A stretch of 64,000 nt of DNA, from assembly GCA_963832375.1 (NCBI GenBank), contig CAWHUA010000008.1, forward strand, positions 1,008,133 through 1,072,132. The letters are read 5' to 3'. The notes under the pieces are model-generated. The model was not told the DNA's origin. It saw only the letters and a list, made by a program, of their open reading frames with translations, and made no database searches. The DNA is from Vicinamibacterales bacterium. Lineage in GTDB: Bacteria; Acidobacteriota; Vicinamibacteria; Vicinamibacterales; JAMQPK01. This document shows positions 10,346-20,532 of the stretch, one piece after another. Position numbers and translations under genes: made by a program. Every line of letters starts with the position of its first letter. Position 1 is the first letter of the stretch.

Positions 10346-11545
10346 TTACGGCTTCTGATCGGATACCCCCTTGAAGGCGAATCGTTGCGTGCCGTAGTCG
10401 AGTTCTGCCGTGTAGACGTTGCCCTTCGAATCGATCGCCATCTGGTGTGGCCGAACGGTTCCTCGCGCGCCGAAACGGTCGTGGGCCAGGACGGTGAGCG
10501 TCTTTCGATTCACGATCAGAATCTGATTGCCCTCTCCGACATACAAAAACTGCTGATCTTTGTCCGGCGACAGGGCAAGGCCGCCCGGTGAGCCGCCCGT
10601 GAACAACTGGCCCATGTATTTGCCCGCCAGCGTGAACACCTGCACTCTCCCGTTACTGCGATCCGCGACGTACACCAGGCCGTCGTTCGAGACGCGAATG
10701 GCGTGAACGGGCCCGCCGAACTGTTGAGGACCTGGAGGCGTTCTGGCTGGCGCTGGTGTCGCCGCCGCGCCGGCGGGCGGTGGTGTTTCAACCCCTGGTT
10801 CCGCGAAACCCGAAAAGCCAGGCCGTAACGGCGCGGGCTCGGCATCGACCGGAACATTCCCGAAGGCGCCCCACATGCGTTTGAACGCGCCGGTATCGGC
10901 ATCCAGCACGAGCACGCGGCGATTGCCATAGCCGTCGGCGATGAACGCTTCGTTGGTTTTCCGATAGATCACGAGATCGGCAGGCTCTTTCACATTTTTC
11001 GTGTCCTGGTTTCCAGTGCTGGCGTTCTGCTGGCCAATCTGCTGCAGGAACTTTCCTGTCGTCGTGAACTTGAGCAGCATGTCGTCATCGACGGGCACAC
11101 GCTGGTTGGCCACCTTCTTGTACCTGACGACGCCCGCGCCTGTTCCCGCCTGGCCGCCAATCCAGACGATGTCTTTGTCGTCGACGAAGATGCCATGTTC
11201 GTTCTCGGGCCATTCGTAGCCGGCTCCCGGTCCGCCCCAGCCCCGAACGAATTGTCCCGCTGCGTCGAATTCGAGCACAGGAGGCGCGCGATGAGCGCTC
11301 TGATCGGCGGGAATGAAGCGTGGACGGTGCAGAAGCCAGACATGATCGCGCTTGTCGATCGCGACCGACGACATCTGCCCCATCACCCATCCGTTGGGCA
11401 GCTTCGGCGGCCACGCTTTGTCGAGCTCGAATGTCGGCAGCGCTGTGGGCGTCTGCGCCGGTGCTGCGGTCGACTGTGCCAGGATTCCGCGCCCGGCGAG
11501 GAGCGCCAGCACCAAAGCGACGATGACGAAGAGTGCCTTCTTCAT
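10346..11545 (-). CDS. Secreted NHL-repeat protein (PAL-like beta-propeller)
   Basis: WPPKLPNGW, HGIFVD, IADGYGNRRV, VYVADRSNGRVQVF; signal peptide. Confidence 0.9.
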   Translation of the reverse strand: MKKALFVIVALVLALLAGRGILAQSTAAPAQTPTALPTFELDKAWPPKLPNGWVMGQMSSVAIDKRDHVWLLHRPRFIPADQSAHRAPPVLEFDAAGQFVRGWGGPGAGYEWPENEHGIFVDDKDIVWIGGQAGTGAGVVRYKKVANQRVPVDDDMLLKFTTTGKFLQQIGQQNASTGNQDTKNVKEPADLVIYRKTNEAFIADGYGNRRVLVLDADTGAFKRMWGAFGNVPVDAEPAPLRPGFSGFAEPGVETPPPAGAAATPAPARTPPGPQQFGGPVHAIRVSNDGLVYVADRSNGRVQVFTLAGKYMGQLFTGGSPGGLALSPDKDQQFLYVGEGNQILIVNRKTLTVLAHDRFGARGTVRPHQMAIDSKGNVYTAELDYGTQRFAFKGVSDQKP

Positions 11546-11707
11546 GTGCGCATTCTGCGCCCGAAGGCCGGCGCTGGGCAACACGATCTTCTTCGGGTTC
11601 GAGGTCGTTCGGTACGGTCCGAACGCTTGAAGTAGCCCCGCCGCCTTCCATGCGCTAGATTCTGTCTAGACGCTCGCGGTGGTCCGCGGGTGTGGAAGGG
11701 GGAGGTC

Positions 11708-11986
11708 GTGGACAGTACCTTCAGTCGGCGAGCATTCGTGACAGCGTTGGGGATGCTGAGCGTCCCGCTTATCGCCTTCGCACAGGATAGAAAGAAGGAG
11801 GGCGAGAGCCGCGAAGAGAAGAAGAAGGAAGCGGAGGAGAAAAAGGAAGAGAACAAGGAGAAGAAGGAAGAGGCAAAGGACGAGGCCAAGGAGAAGGCTG
11901 AGGACAGGGACGATGTCGTCGACACACCCGGAACCGATCGCAGCCAGGACCGGCGGCAGGATCGACGGCGGGATGCCGTCAAGTAA
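11708..11986 (+). CDS. Small Tat-exported Lys/Glu-rich protein
   Basis: SRRAF twin-Arg signal ending AFA-Q, GGAGG SD before GTG; low-complexity KE body. Confidence 0.7.
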   Translation: MDSTFSRRAFVTALGMLSVPLIAFAQDRKKEGESREEKKKEAEEKKEENKEKKEEAKDEAKEKAEDRDDVVDTPGTDRSQDRRQDRRRDAVK

Positions 11987-12072
11987 CGAAACGTTCCAGG
12001 CGGCCAGCGCCTGCTGAATCGATCGCGTATCGTCGTGTCAGCGTCCGGTCGGGCGCGTACTCGTCGGTCGAA

Positions 12073-12642
12073 TCACATCAAGTTCGTCGTACACAACCCC
12101 CACGCATCGCCGTTTGTATGCCCGCGGCCGAAGTAGTAGAGCTGCACCTCGTCGGGTCCCTTGAAGAGCGTCAGACGATCGTCGAACGTCCGCTTTGGCA
12201 GCCCCTTCCCCTGGTTCTGGTCGAAGATGGTCGGCTTGTTCGCGCCGGGCTTGCCCATTCCCGGCGGTGACATCATCTCCTTCATGTTCGCCGCGGTGTT
12301 CTCATGGACCACGATGTCGACCGTCGCCGGGAACTCGACATTGCCACTGACGTGATCGCCGTGCGAGTGCGTGTTGATGATCGTCGTCACCGGCCTCGGA
12401 CTGAGCTCCTTGATCTTTGCCAGAATCGGCGCGCCCCAACCGGGGTTCTTCGTGTCGACGACGGTGATGCCGTCCGATTGGACGAAGACCGTGGTGTTGC
12501 CGCCGCCCCCTGTGAGAACGAAGAGATTGTCCTTGAGTTTCTGGACTTCCACGACCATCGGCTTCTGGCCGCCCTGCTGCGCCACAAGATACGAAACCGC
12601 GCATGTTGCGAGCAGGGCCGTGAGCACTACGATGCGTTTCAT
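12073..12642 (-). pseudogene. MBL-fold metallo-hydrolase, truncated/internally deleted paralog of 53974..54897
   Basis: THSHGDH and GHTNGDAW present; diverges from the paralog right after GDAW. Confidence 0.75.
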
Positions 12643-12655
12643 GCCGCAATGATAA

Positions 12656-13414
12656 ATGCGGTGTCAACGAGCGGCAACTGGTGCATGTGAAGCTGGAAAC
12701 ACGGCCTCAGGATATGCTGTATGCCTGTTTCGATTTCTACTGACGGTCGCGCTTTGTGGTGCCGCGAACATTGCTTCCGCGCAGAGTTTTGACTGCGCCA
12801 AGGCGCAGACGCGCGTCGAGAAGATGGTCTGCGCAGATCGTGCGATTGCAGAGCTCGATGAATACCTCGGCCGCTACTATTCCGCATCGCGAGCCGAGAT
12901 CCCCGGCGCTGAGGCGTGCCTGCGGTCCGATCAGGCGCAGTGGCTCAAGTCGACGCGTGACGCCTGCGTCGACGGCGCGTGTCTGAAATCGGCATATCTC
13001 AATCGTCTCGCCGAGCTCGATCCGTTGCAGCCTGGCGCTACCGTGCTGAAGAACGTCGCGCTGCCGCCGGTTCCGGCGCTGGTATGGGTCGTTCCTCCTG
13101 CCGCGGACAAGGTGGCGGCGCCGCCGAATCCGAAGGCCAAACCATACGAAGCCATCGGCACCCTGATCGACGACGTCGGCACGAATCCGAACAGCGATGG
13201 ACTCGCGATCCGCTTGAAAGACGGCGCGCGGATACCGCTGGTGATGCTGATGTTCCTCGAGGGGGCGACCCAGGAACGTCTGGCGATCCTGGCAAAGGAT
13301 CGCACCACCACCTTCCGCGCGCGCGGCTACGTAGCCATTGACGGCAGGGGGCAACTGTTCTTCGAGCCAAGCCGCTGCGTGTTCCTGCACCGACTGCCCG
13401 CCAGAAAGCCTTGA
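12656..13414 (+). CDS. LprI/DUF1311-like secreted protein (true start probably near 12725)
   Basis: AQSFDCAKAQTRVEKMVCAD..LDEYL..DQAQWLKSTRDAC..CLKSAYLNRLAEL. Confidence 0.8.
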   Translation: MRCQRAATGACEAGNTASGYAVCLFRFLLTVALCGAANIASAQSFDCAKAQTRVEKMVCADRAIAELDEYLGRYYSASRAEIPGAEACLRSDQAQWLKSTRDACVDGACLKSAYLNRLAELDPLQPGATVLKNVALPPVPALVWVVPPAADKVAAPPNPKAKPYEAIGTLIDDVGTNPNSDGLAIRLKDGARIPLVMLMFLEGATQERLAILAKDRTTTFRARGYVAIDGRGQLFFEPSRCVFLHRLPARKP

Positions 13415-13432
13415 TCGACCGATAAATCGGCT

Positions 13433-14173
13433 ATGAAGTTATGTGTAGCCGTTCTCGCCTTTGTCTGTATTTCCGGTAATGTGAGTGCGCAACGCTGGTT
13501 TGTTTTACAACATCGGCCAAACGGACGTGTCATTGGACTACTCGACCTCCCGGATATCACGAACGACTTTGCAGACGATGTATGCCGGTCGACAGAATTG
13601 GCTGCTGTTCCGGTCTACAGCGAGCCGTCCAGGAACGGAGCCGCGATCGGTACCGTCTACAAGCGCAATCATCCCGAATATGGGTGCGGATTGCTTTTCA
13701 CGCGAACGGGAACGTCCACCGAAGAAGAATTGCCATCTGAAGAGCGCGGTTATGAGATCGCCGCGGCCGTCGTATACGAACGCCGCGGGCGATGGTTCCG
13801 TATCGCCGTACCACAAGGTGCCGCATGGGTTGAGGAGGCACACGACGAGGCCTTTCTTCCCTATCCTCAGCTACTTTCGCAGCGAATGGCTTATCTCAGG
13901 GACGACTGGGACGGGCAATGACGACAGAGTGCCGGCTTTGGGTTCCCGAGCGAGCCCCTGCCCGCTGAGTGGAAGGAGCACGTTTTCCGCCAGATCGGAG
14001 TCGAAATGCTCGGCGTGACGCGAGTCGGCAACGACGATTGGATCCACGTGCGATTGGTGAACGAGAGGTGTGGAGACGACACTCTCGAAATGTTGAAACC
14101 AGTGCAAGGCTGGCTTCCAGCGTATCGACCGGACGGAATGACCGCCGCGTGGTTCTACTCAAGGGGTTGCTAG
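13433..14173 (+). pseudogene. Secreted hypothetical protein interrupted by in-frame TGA at 13919-13921
   Basis: Frame stays open after the TGA for 83 codons, ending GWLPAYRPDG..WFYSRGC*. Confidence 0.65.
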
Positions 14174-14189
14174 CGGAGCGTGATCGGCT

Positions 14190-14258
14190 CTTCAGTCTTC
14201 AGTCGTCAGTCTTCAGTAGCCTCGCAATTGAGAACTGACGACTGAGAACTGAAAACTG
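14190..14258. repeat. Inverted 7-bp tandem repeat cluster (TCAGTCT/G...CTGACGA/CTGAGAA), probable bidirectional terminator
   Basis: Seen directly between convergent genes. Confidence 0.75.
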
Positions 14259-14264
14259 CTTTAA

Positions 14265-15365
14265 CTAGTATCCCCTGCTGGCTCCGCCGCCGCCTGAGCT
14301 GCCGCCGCCGAAACTGCTTGAACCGCCTGACGAACCGCTCGACGAAGAAGAGCTCGCCTGGATGCGCGGAAGGACCTTCGAGTACTCCCGACTAAAGCTG
14401 CAGAACGCGCACTGCTCCACGACACGCGCGCTGCCGCTCGTGGTCGTGGTCGCCTGCTTGATGACCGTCTGGGTGGACGACTTCGTGCGATAACGACACT
14501 GCGGGCACTTCGCGTAGCTGCTGATCCACTTCGGGTACCGCAGCGTGAAATGATGCGAACAGGCCCCGCACTTCCACACATCGTAATCGACGCTCTCCAC
14601 CCGCTCTTCGGCCTGCTGCCCCTTCTCGATCAGCGCATCGTCGTCCGCTTCGCCGAGACAGACCATCGGCGCCTGACACGCCGGGCACCGGCGGCGCCGG
14701 TGTCTCCTCCACTTCCGAAACCCGACGATCGAGCCCAAACCAACCGGGATCGCACCCAGCAGACCCATCACCAGGGTACTGATGCTCGACGACCCGTCCT
14801 CGTAGGACTCGCTCCCCGAAGACGACAACTCGACTGGCTCGTTGCGGACCGCTTTCAGGAGCGCATCGACGCCGGCAAGCAGACCTTCATCGAACTCGGC
14901 CGATTTGAACTTCGGAACAACGTAGGCATCGAGAATCTCGCCAGTCTTGGCGTCGGGAAGAACGCCCTCGAGCCCATACCCGACCTCGACGCGAATGCGG
15001 CGGTCGCCGGTGGACCACAGCAGCAGCAGCCCGTTGTCCTTGTTCTTCTTGCCGATGCCCCAGAGATCGAACAGTTTGTTCGCGGCTTCCTCGATCGACA
15101 GGCCATCGAGCGAGCCAATCACGACGACGGCCATCTCGGCGCCGGTTGTTCGTTCGAGATCGCCGATGGTGGAGTTGAGCCGCGCGACCGTTTCAGCGCG
15201 CAGCGCCCCGGGCATGTCGGTCACCCACGTGCCGTCGCGGGAGCGCGGATTGGGGATGCTGGTGAGAGGCTCTGCGCCGATGGCAGCGCTCAAAAAAAGG
15301 ATGAGCGCACCCAGAGCGATCGAGGTATGTGACCGAATGGACAAACTACGGCGCGTGAGAGCCAC
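14265..15365 (-). CDS. TPM-domain protein with TM helix, four CxxC pairs and Gly/Ser tail
   Basis: WGIGKKNKDNGLLLL, IRVEVGYGLEGVLPD; CPAC/CGAC/CPQC/CAFC; FGGGSSGGGGA. Confidence 0.92.
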   Translation of the reverse strand: MALTRRSLSIRSHTSIALGALILFLSAAIGAEPLTSIPNPRSRDGTWVTDMPGALRAETVARLNSTIGDLERTTGAEMAVVVIGSLDGLSIEEAANKLFDLWGIGKKNKDNGLLLLWSTGDRRIRVEVGYGLEGVLPDAKTGEILDAYVVPKFKSAEFDEGLLAGVDALLKAVRNEPVELSSSGSESYEDGSSSISTLVMGLLGAIPVGLGSIVGFRKWRRHRRRRCPACQAPMVCLGEADDDALIEKGQQAEERVESVDYDVWKCGACSHHFTLRYPKWISSYAKCPQCRYRTKSSTQTVIKQATTTTSGSARVVEQCAFCSFSREYSKVLPRIQASSSSSSGSSGGSSSFGGGSSGGGGASRGY

Positions 15366-15418
15366 GTCGTGTGAATCCTAGCGCAGGTCGCTCAGCCGCC
15401 AGCAGCCTTCACGAGCGC

Positions 15419-16183
15419 TCAGTAGCAGCTCGCCGCCTCGCAGGCCCACGGCCGCTTGAACGCCATCAGGTTGGCAAAGCTCCTCGTCGGGTTGAGGAAA
15501 ATCGTCAGGGTGTTGGCCCACTTCGGGTGGTTCGCACGCAGCCGCCGAAGAACGTGCTGCGCCGCGAGGTCCTCGCCCACCGACCACACGGTTCCCAGGG
15601 TGGGCGTGAGCCAGAGGTCGATCGAGGCCTGGTGTATGTTCCCCAGGGAGGATTCCGACAGCGGTCCGATCTCGAATTGTATCGAATAGGCGGTGGCAAA
15701 GAGGAATTGTTTGCCCTTGGCCCGCCAGTAGGTGTTGCCGGAACCGACTCTGTTCTCCAAATACTCCGGGTCGTTCTGCCCGAGGATGTGCGCGGCGACC
15801 GATCCCATCATCGGGTGGGCAACATAGTTCGTCCAGATTTTACCGCCATCGTTGAAACGATTGAGTGAGCGAACCGAGTCGAACCAGTCGTTCACGAACG
15901 GCCCACCAAGACGGCTGACGGTACGGTCTTCGATAAAACGTGAGAGGTGCTGGGCCGTCAGGAAGAGCAGGCTCTCGCTCAGAACCGGCCGCCAGGCGAT
16001 GCCACCGTCGCGGTGGTCAGCCGCCGACTGGGCCGACACATTTCCGGCGGTTGGTTCCACCCTGGTTTCCAGAACAGTGGCCGCGGCATCCTTTTGCTCG
16101 TGCTCTTGAGCCAACGCCGGCATCACCGCCGCAACGACGGTGAGTCCGAGGGTCGCCACAATGAGGCCTGACCTATTCCCCAT
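15419..16183 (-). CDS. Exported/membrane hypothetical protein (DUF3943-like)
   Basis: Signal peptide; NYVAHPMMGS, YSIQFEIGPLSESSLGN, NPTRSFAN. Confidence 0.7.
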   Translation of the reverse strand: MGNRSGLIVATLGLTVVAAVMPALAQEHEQKDAAATVLETRVEPTAGNVSAQSAADHRDGGIAWRPVLSESLLFLTAQHLSRFIEDRTVSRLGGPFVNDWFDSVRSLNRFNDGGKIWTNYVAHPMMGSVAAHILGQNDPEYLENRVGSGNTYWRAKGKQFLFATAYSIQFEIGPLSESSLGNIHQASIDLWLTPTLGTVWSVGEDLAAQHVLRRLRANHPKWANTLTIFLNPTRSFANLMAFKRPWACEAASCY

Positions 16184-16196
16184 TGCGACGCGCCTG

Positions 16197-16212
16197 TGCA
16201 AGGGCAGTTCCA
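16197..16212 (-). promoter_or_regulatory. Putative sigma54 promoter
   Basis: TGGAAC-TGCCC-TTGCA (GG-N10-GC), 13 nt before ATG 16183. Confidence 0.5.
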
Positions 16213-16347
16213 GAGTGAGGGGGAACGCTCAATCGCGTTGATACCCACTCACTTGCGCCGATTCCGGCCGTGGCGACGGGTCCCGCAGCCATCGGAACTC
16301 CAACTGTGCCCCCCGAAATAGCGTGGGTCAGAGGGCGATGCCGTCGG

Positions 16348-17016
16348 TTACGGGAGGGTGACATGCGTCCCGGGCCGTCGGATTTCCACCTGCTTGTCCC
16401 ACCGCTGGCCGTTCTCGAACCATGTGACCTTGTAGGGCCCCGGCACCACATCGTCGAACGCGAAACGCCCGGCACCATCGGCAATGTTCACGAACGGCAT
16501 CGACGCGACGACAATCGTCGCCCGCATCGACGTATGGAGGTTGCACGACACCTCGTAGTAGCCGGGTTCGTCGAACGCAAACGTGTACGAGCTGTGCGGG
16601 GTTGTCGCCACGTTGAAGACGGGCGCGTGTGTGCCGGTTTCCTGTACGCTTACGTTGTGCAGAACGTCCTCGTTGTTCCGGAACTGCACGGTTTGCCCGG
16701 TCCGGGCGACGAGAAGAGCCGGGACGAATTCCATGCCGGTTTGATCCATATAGGCAGACCCGACCACCGGCGGGAAGTCGTGCTCGAACAGAGGCTCCAT
16801 CACGACCATCGTTCCGGACGGCCCCTTGCCGCTCAGCGATGCACGCACGGGCTTAGGCGCTACGTCACCTGCTGTTTCCGGCACGGCGGCGCCGGGCGAC
16901 TGCTCCGGCCGGGAGTCAGCACATGCGGCCGCCACGAGCGCGGTCATGACAACCACGAGCACGTTCCGGTGAACCCGAAAAGTCGAAAAGCACCTCCTCA
17001 TCTTCTGACCGTGCAC
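16348..17016 (-). CDS. Lipoprotein with cupredoxin domain and carboxypeptidase-regulatory-like Ig domain (start uncertain)
   Basis: LHNV plus CNLHTSM type-1 copper ligands; ADGAGRFAFDDVVPGPY; AAAC lipobox. Confidence 0.8.
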   Translation of the reverse strand: MHGQKMRRCFSTFRVHRNVLVVVMTALVAAACADSRPEQSPGAAVPETAGDVAPKPVRASLSGKGPSGTMVVMEPLFEHDFPPVVGSAYMDQTGMEFVPALLVARTGQTVQFRNNEDVLHNVSVQETGTHAPVFNVATTPHSSYTFAFDEPGYYEVSCNLHTSMRATIVVASMPFVNIADGAGRFAFDDVVPGPYKVTWFENGQRWDKQVEIRRPGTHVTLP

Positions 17017-17036
17017 AACCTGCGCGCGATCGTCGC

Positions 17037-18515
17037 CTACCGCGGCGCCGGATTCGCGGCAGGCGCGGGCGCGGCGTACCGGGTCTCCTCCATCAGACGC
17101 CGCAGCTCGGCCTGCATGTGCTGAAGGGTCTCACGTGCATCCGAACGGTCAATGACGTTCGTCTCCTCGTTGGGATCCTCATCCAGATTGTAGAGCTCGT
17201 CCATGCCCTGAAGCTCGCGGTACTTGATGTACTTGTGCCGCCAGGTTCGGATTGCCACATAGCCCATGTTCCGAATGCGCGGAAATACGGTGTCGGTGAA
17301 GTACTCGATGAGGAACGACGTGCGCCATTCTCGTGCCTCCTTCTTAAGCACGGGCACAAGTGAGCGCCCCTGGATTTCAGCGCCGGGCTGCAGTCCGGCC
17401 ACGTCGAGCAGAGTCGGGGCGATGTCGAGATTCAACGCGATTTCTGACGGCGTCGAACCCGCAACCGTCAACGGTGGATAGCGGATGACGAGCGGAATAC
17501 GGATCGTCTCTTCGTACGCCAGACGCCGCTCCTCGTTCAGTCCGTGCTCGCCGTAGAAATATCCGTGATCGCTGGCAAATACGATCATCGTGTTATTCAG
17601 CACACCCTTGCGCTCCAGCGCTGCGAGGATCCGCCCCAGGCTGTCGTCGACGCCAAGCAACATCTCCAGACGGCCTCTGATCTCCTCATCGGATGTCGCG
17701 GTCTTCGGACCAAGCGGAGGAAGCCGGTCGATCTGGCGAAGCAGCGCGGGCTTTCCGAGCGGAGGCTTGAACGCGCTCGCTCGCCGGGGCATGGTACGGC
17801 CGATGTAGCGGCCGCGGTGGCGATCCGCGGCAACAAAGCCGCCAGGCTGTCCTGGAATCGGCACCAGACTCCCATCGTCACGCTGAATGACGTTGGGATG
17901 GATCGCCTTGTGAGCCAGGTACACGAGGAACGGACGATCCGAAGGACCATCCATGAACCGCTCCACGTAGTCGGTGAGCAGGTCGGTCGTGTAGCCCTTC
18001 GCGTGCACGCGCTCGCCGTCGACATTCAGCGAAGGATCGACCGCTTCGCCTTGTCCCGGCATAGCGACCCAGTGGTCGAATCCCGGGCGAGGGCTGTCGT
18101 CGTTGCCCATGTGCCACTTGCCGAAGAAGCCCGTTCGGTAGCCGGCACGCTGAAGCTCCAGCGTGAACACGGGCAGGTTATGGCTCGGTCGAGCGGTGTT
18201 GTCGATGATGCCGTTGGTGTGCGGGTATTGCCCCGTGAGAAAGCCCGCCCGGCTGGGAGAGCAGAGTGGGGTCGTCGCGAATGCGTTCGTGAACCGCGCC
18301 CCTTCGCGCGCGAGCCGGTCCATATTCGGCGTGTCGATGAACGGGTGGCCGGCCACCCGCATCTCATCCCAACGCATGTCATCGACGAGCACCATGACGA
18401 TGTTCGGCGGACGAGATTCGGCGGGTACGGGCGGTGTGTTCTGGCGCTCGCCTGGCGCCGCACACGTCGTGGCAAGCAGTGCCGCCGCGACAACGAATCG
18501 CCGCGGAATCTTCAA
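17037..18515 (-). CDS. Sulfatase (Cys-type)
   Basis: PNIVMVLVDD, CSPSR, GKWHMG, SDHG; probable TTG start just after the NHL gene stop (5' part of the 773-aa ORF is spurious). Confidence 0.92.
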   Translation of the reverse strand: MKIPRRFVVAAALLATTCAAPGERQNTPPVPAESRPPNIVMVLVDDMRWDEMRVAGHPFIDTPNMDRLAREGARFTNAFATTPLCSPSRAGFLTGQYPHTNGIIDNTARPSHNLPVFTLELQRAGYRTGFFGKWHMGNDDSPRPGFDHWVAMPGQGEAVDPSLNVDGERVHAKGYTTDLLTDYVERFMDGPSDRPFLVYLAHKAIHPNVIQRDDGSLVPIPGQPGGFVAADRHRGRYIGRTMPRRASAFKPPLGKPALLRQIDRLPPLGPKTATSDEEIRGRLEMLLGVDDSLGRILAALERKGVLNNTMIVFASDHGYFYGEHGLNEERRLAYEETIRIPLVIRYPPLTVAGSTPSEIALNLDIAPTLLDVAGLQPGAEIQGRSLVPVLKKEAREWRTSFLIEYFTDTVFPRIRNMGYVAIRTWRHKYIKYRELQGMDELYNLDEDPNEETNVIDRSDARETLQHMQAELRRLMEETRYAAPAPAANPAPR

Positions 18516-18523
18516 TCGACACT

Positions 18524-19762
18524 TCAACGCGGGGCCTGCGGCCAGGGCACGCCCTGATCCTTCCGCGTCACCGGCTTCACTCCTTTGAACAGGAACCGTT
18601 GTACCCGTGCTCCAGTGTAGGTTTCCGTCGCGTACAGATTGCCCTTCGAGTCGGTCGCCAGGTTGTGGACGCCGAAGAACTGTCCGGGCTGCCGCCCGCC
18701 GTCGCCGAATGACGTCAGCACCTCGAGCGAACTGCGCAGCAGCACGTTGATCTTCTCGTCTACCCCGTTCGCGGCGTAGATGTAGGTTTGCTGCGCATCG
18801 CGCGAAAAGGCCATGTCCCACACCGACCCGGACCGGTACGTCATCCGATCGACGAACGCTTCCTTCACGAACGTGCCGTCCTTCCGGAAGACCTGGATGC
18901 GGTCGTTCACACGGTCGCAGACGTACACGAAGCCGTCGTTCGAGACGATGACGCAGTGCATCGTGCTGAACTGCTTCGAGGGAGGAGCCTTCGGGTTGTA
19001 CGGCGGCATCTTCACGTCGTCCGGTTTGTTGCCGTAGGCGCCCCAGTGCCGCTTGTACGCGCCGGTGTCGGCGTCGAACACGATCACGCGCCGGTTCCCG
19101 TAGCCGTCCGACACATACACTTCGTTGGCCGACGGATCGGCGAAGACCTTCGTCGGCTGCCAGAAGTTCTGCACATCGTTGCTGCCGTTGTGCACGCCGT
19201 GCTTGCCTATCTGCAGCAGGAATCGCCCGTCGTTCGTGAACTTGAGAATCTGTGTGTCCTTCTGCCCGTTGCCGCCGAGCCAGACGTTCCCTTTGTGATC
19301 GACGGTGATGCCGTGATTGCTGTCCGGCCAGTCGTACCCTTTGCCGGGACCTCCCCACGATTTCACGAGCGTCCCGGCCTGGTCGTAGACGAGAACCGGC
19401 GGAGCGACCTTACAGCAGACGCCGATCGGATCCGTGGCGCTGACACGGGCCGGCTGTCCCGGCTGAACCTCGTCGTCTACGGCCTGATTCGCCTTCAGGT
19501 CGGCCGCCTTGAAGTTGGCCTCGACAGAGTCTGGCCGGTGAATCGTCCAGACGTTGTCCTGCGCATCGACGGAGAGGCCGATGGTCGAGCCGGTCACCCA
19601 GTGGTTGGGCAGCGGCTTCGGCCAGAAGGGATCCACTTCGAACATCGGCGCCTGAGGCGACTGTGCCGCGACGGTGTCCGACGACCCGATCGGTGCGCGC
19701 GTCACCATGAACGCGCCCGTCAACGCAATCACGAGCAACCCGGCAAAGCGTGCAGATTTCAT
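18524..19762 (-). CDS. Secreted NHL-repeat protein (PAL-like), paralog of 10346..11545
   Basis: FEVDPFWPKPLPNHW, SDGYGNRRV, CDRVNDRIQVF. Confidence 0.9.
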   Translation of the reverse strand: MKSARFAGLLVIALTGAFMVTRAPIGSSDTVAAQSPQAPMFEVDPFWPKPLPNHWVTGSTIGLSVDAQDNVWTIHRPDSVEANFKAADLKANQAVDDEVQPGQPARVSATDPIGVCCKVAPPVLVYDQAGTLVKSWGGPGKGYDWPDSNHGITVDHKGNVWLGGNGQKDTQILKFTNDGRFLLQIGKHGVHNGSNDVQNFWQPTKVFADPSANEVYVSDGYGNRRVIVFDADTGAYKRHWGAYGNKPDDVKMPPYNPKAPPSKQFSTMHCVIVSNDGFVYVCDRVNDRIQVFRKDGTFVKEAFVDRMTYRSGSVWDMAFSRDAQQTYIYAANGVDEKINVLLRSSLEVLTSFGDGGRQPGQFFGVHNLATDSKGNLYATETYTGARVQRFLFKGVKPVTRKDQGVPWPQAPR

Positions 19763-19797
19763 CGGTACCTCCGCGAAAGATGGCTGTGGACCTACGA

Positions 19798-20523
19798 TCA
19801 CTTACGTCGCGTGAACATGGTCGCGTCCACGCTGAAGGCACTCGTCGGTGAGCCTGCGACCGGCAGGAACGTATGCGATGTCGCGGCGCCCTTGTCGGGC
19901 GTGAAGACGATGGTCAACCCCTTGACCGTGACGGTTCCGCTCCTGGTCGCTTCGGTCGCCGTGGCACGTCCTGCCACGGTGCCGCCCGTCGTGCTCATCC
20001 ATTGATAGCGTCCATCAGGCTGGATGACGAGCGAGCTGGCGACATTGATTCCCGAGCCACCGGCGATCGCCGTTCCGCGGGCGGATTCCCATTGACCCGC
20101 GATAGCCGTCAATGGAACAGAGACCGGTTTCGTGTAGCGCTTTCCGTAGAACTCGATGCCGTCCGGCCGCGCCGTCAACGGACCCTCGTGCACGCCACCG
20201 TCTCCCCACGCGATGGCCACCTGGCTGCCGCGCATCTCCCAGCGTCCCGAATCTCGTCCGTGGGCGGTCAGGTGCGCCGCCCAGTCGAAGCTCTCGAGAC
20301 CGCCTTCGGGAATAAAGCGAGTGACGCGGCCGCCGCTGAGGAACAGCAGGCACACCGCGCGGCCGCTGAGGAGACTGCGGCTGACGAACATTCCCTGCGG
20401 CACGCCGTTGACGACGCCCGCGTCGGGCACACGTTCGGGGCGCACGCTTCTCGTCTGCTTCGCGTCGGTGTGCGCCGCGACGACCAGGCTCAGAGCGCCG
20501 ACGGCAATGGCCATTCTTGACAT
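19798..20523 (-). CDS. Secreted hypothetical protein
   Basis: Signal peptide, beta-rich, co-directional in the gene run. Confidence 0.7.
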   Translation of the reverse strand: MSRMAIAVGALSLVVAAHTDAKQTRSVRPERVPDAGVVNGVPQGMFVSRSLLSGRAVCLLFLSGGRVTRFIPEGGLESFDWAAHLTAHGRDSGRWEMRGSQVAIAWGDGGVHEGPLTARPDGIEFYGKRYTKPVSVPLTAIAGQWESARGTAIAGGSGINVASSLVIQPDGRYQWMSTTGGTVAGRATATEATRSGTVTVKGLTIVFTPDKGAATSHTFLPVAGSPTSAFSVDATMFTRRK

Positions 20524-20532
20524 GCGGCCGTG

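Noticed and set aside
11708-11986. RiPP precursor for TldD/E
   Set aside because: It is 48 kb from tldDE, lacks a modifiable core, and no YcaO or radical SAM enzyme is in the window.
17037-19358. 773-aa sulfatase and similar over-long ORFs (60289..62922, 32545..34296, 56659..58113, 54894..56252)
   Set aside because: The N-terminal extensions overlap real genes in other frames or strands; this is a GC-rich open-frame artefact.
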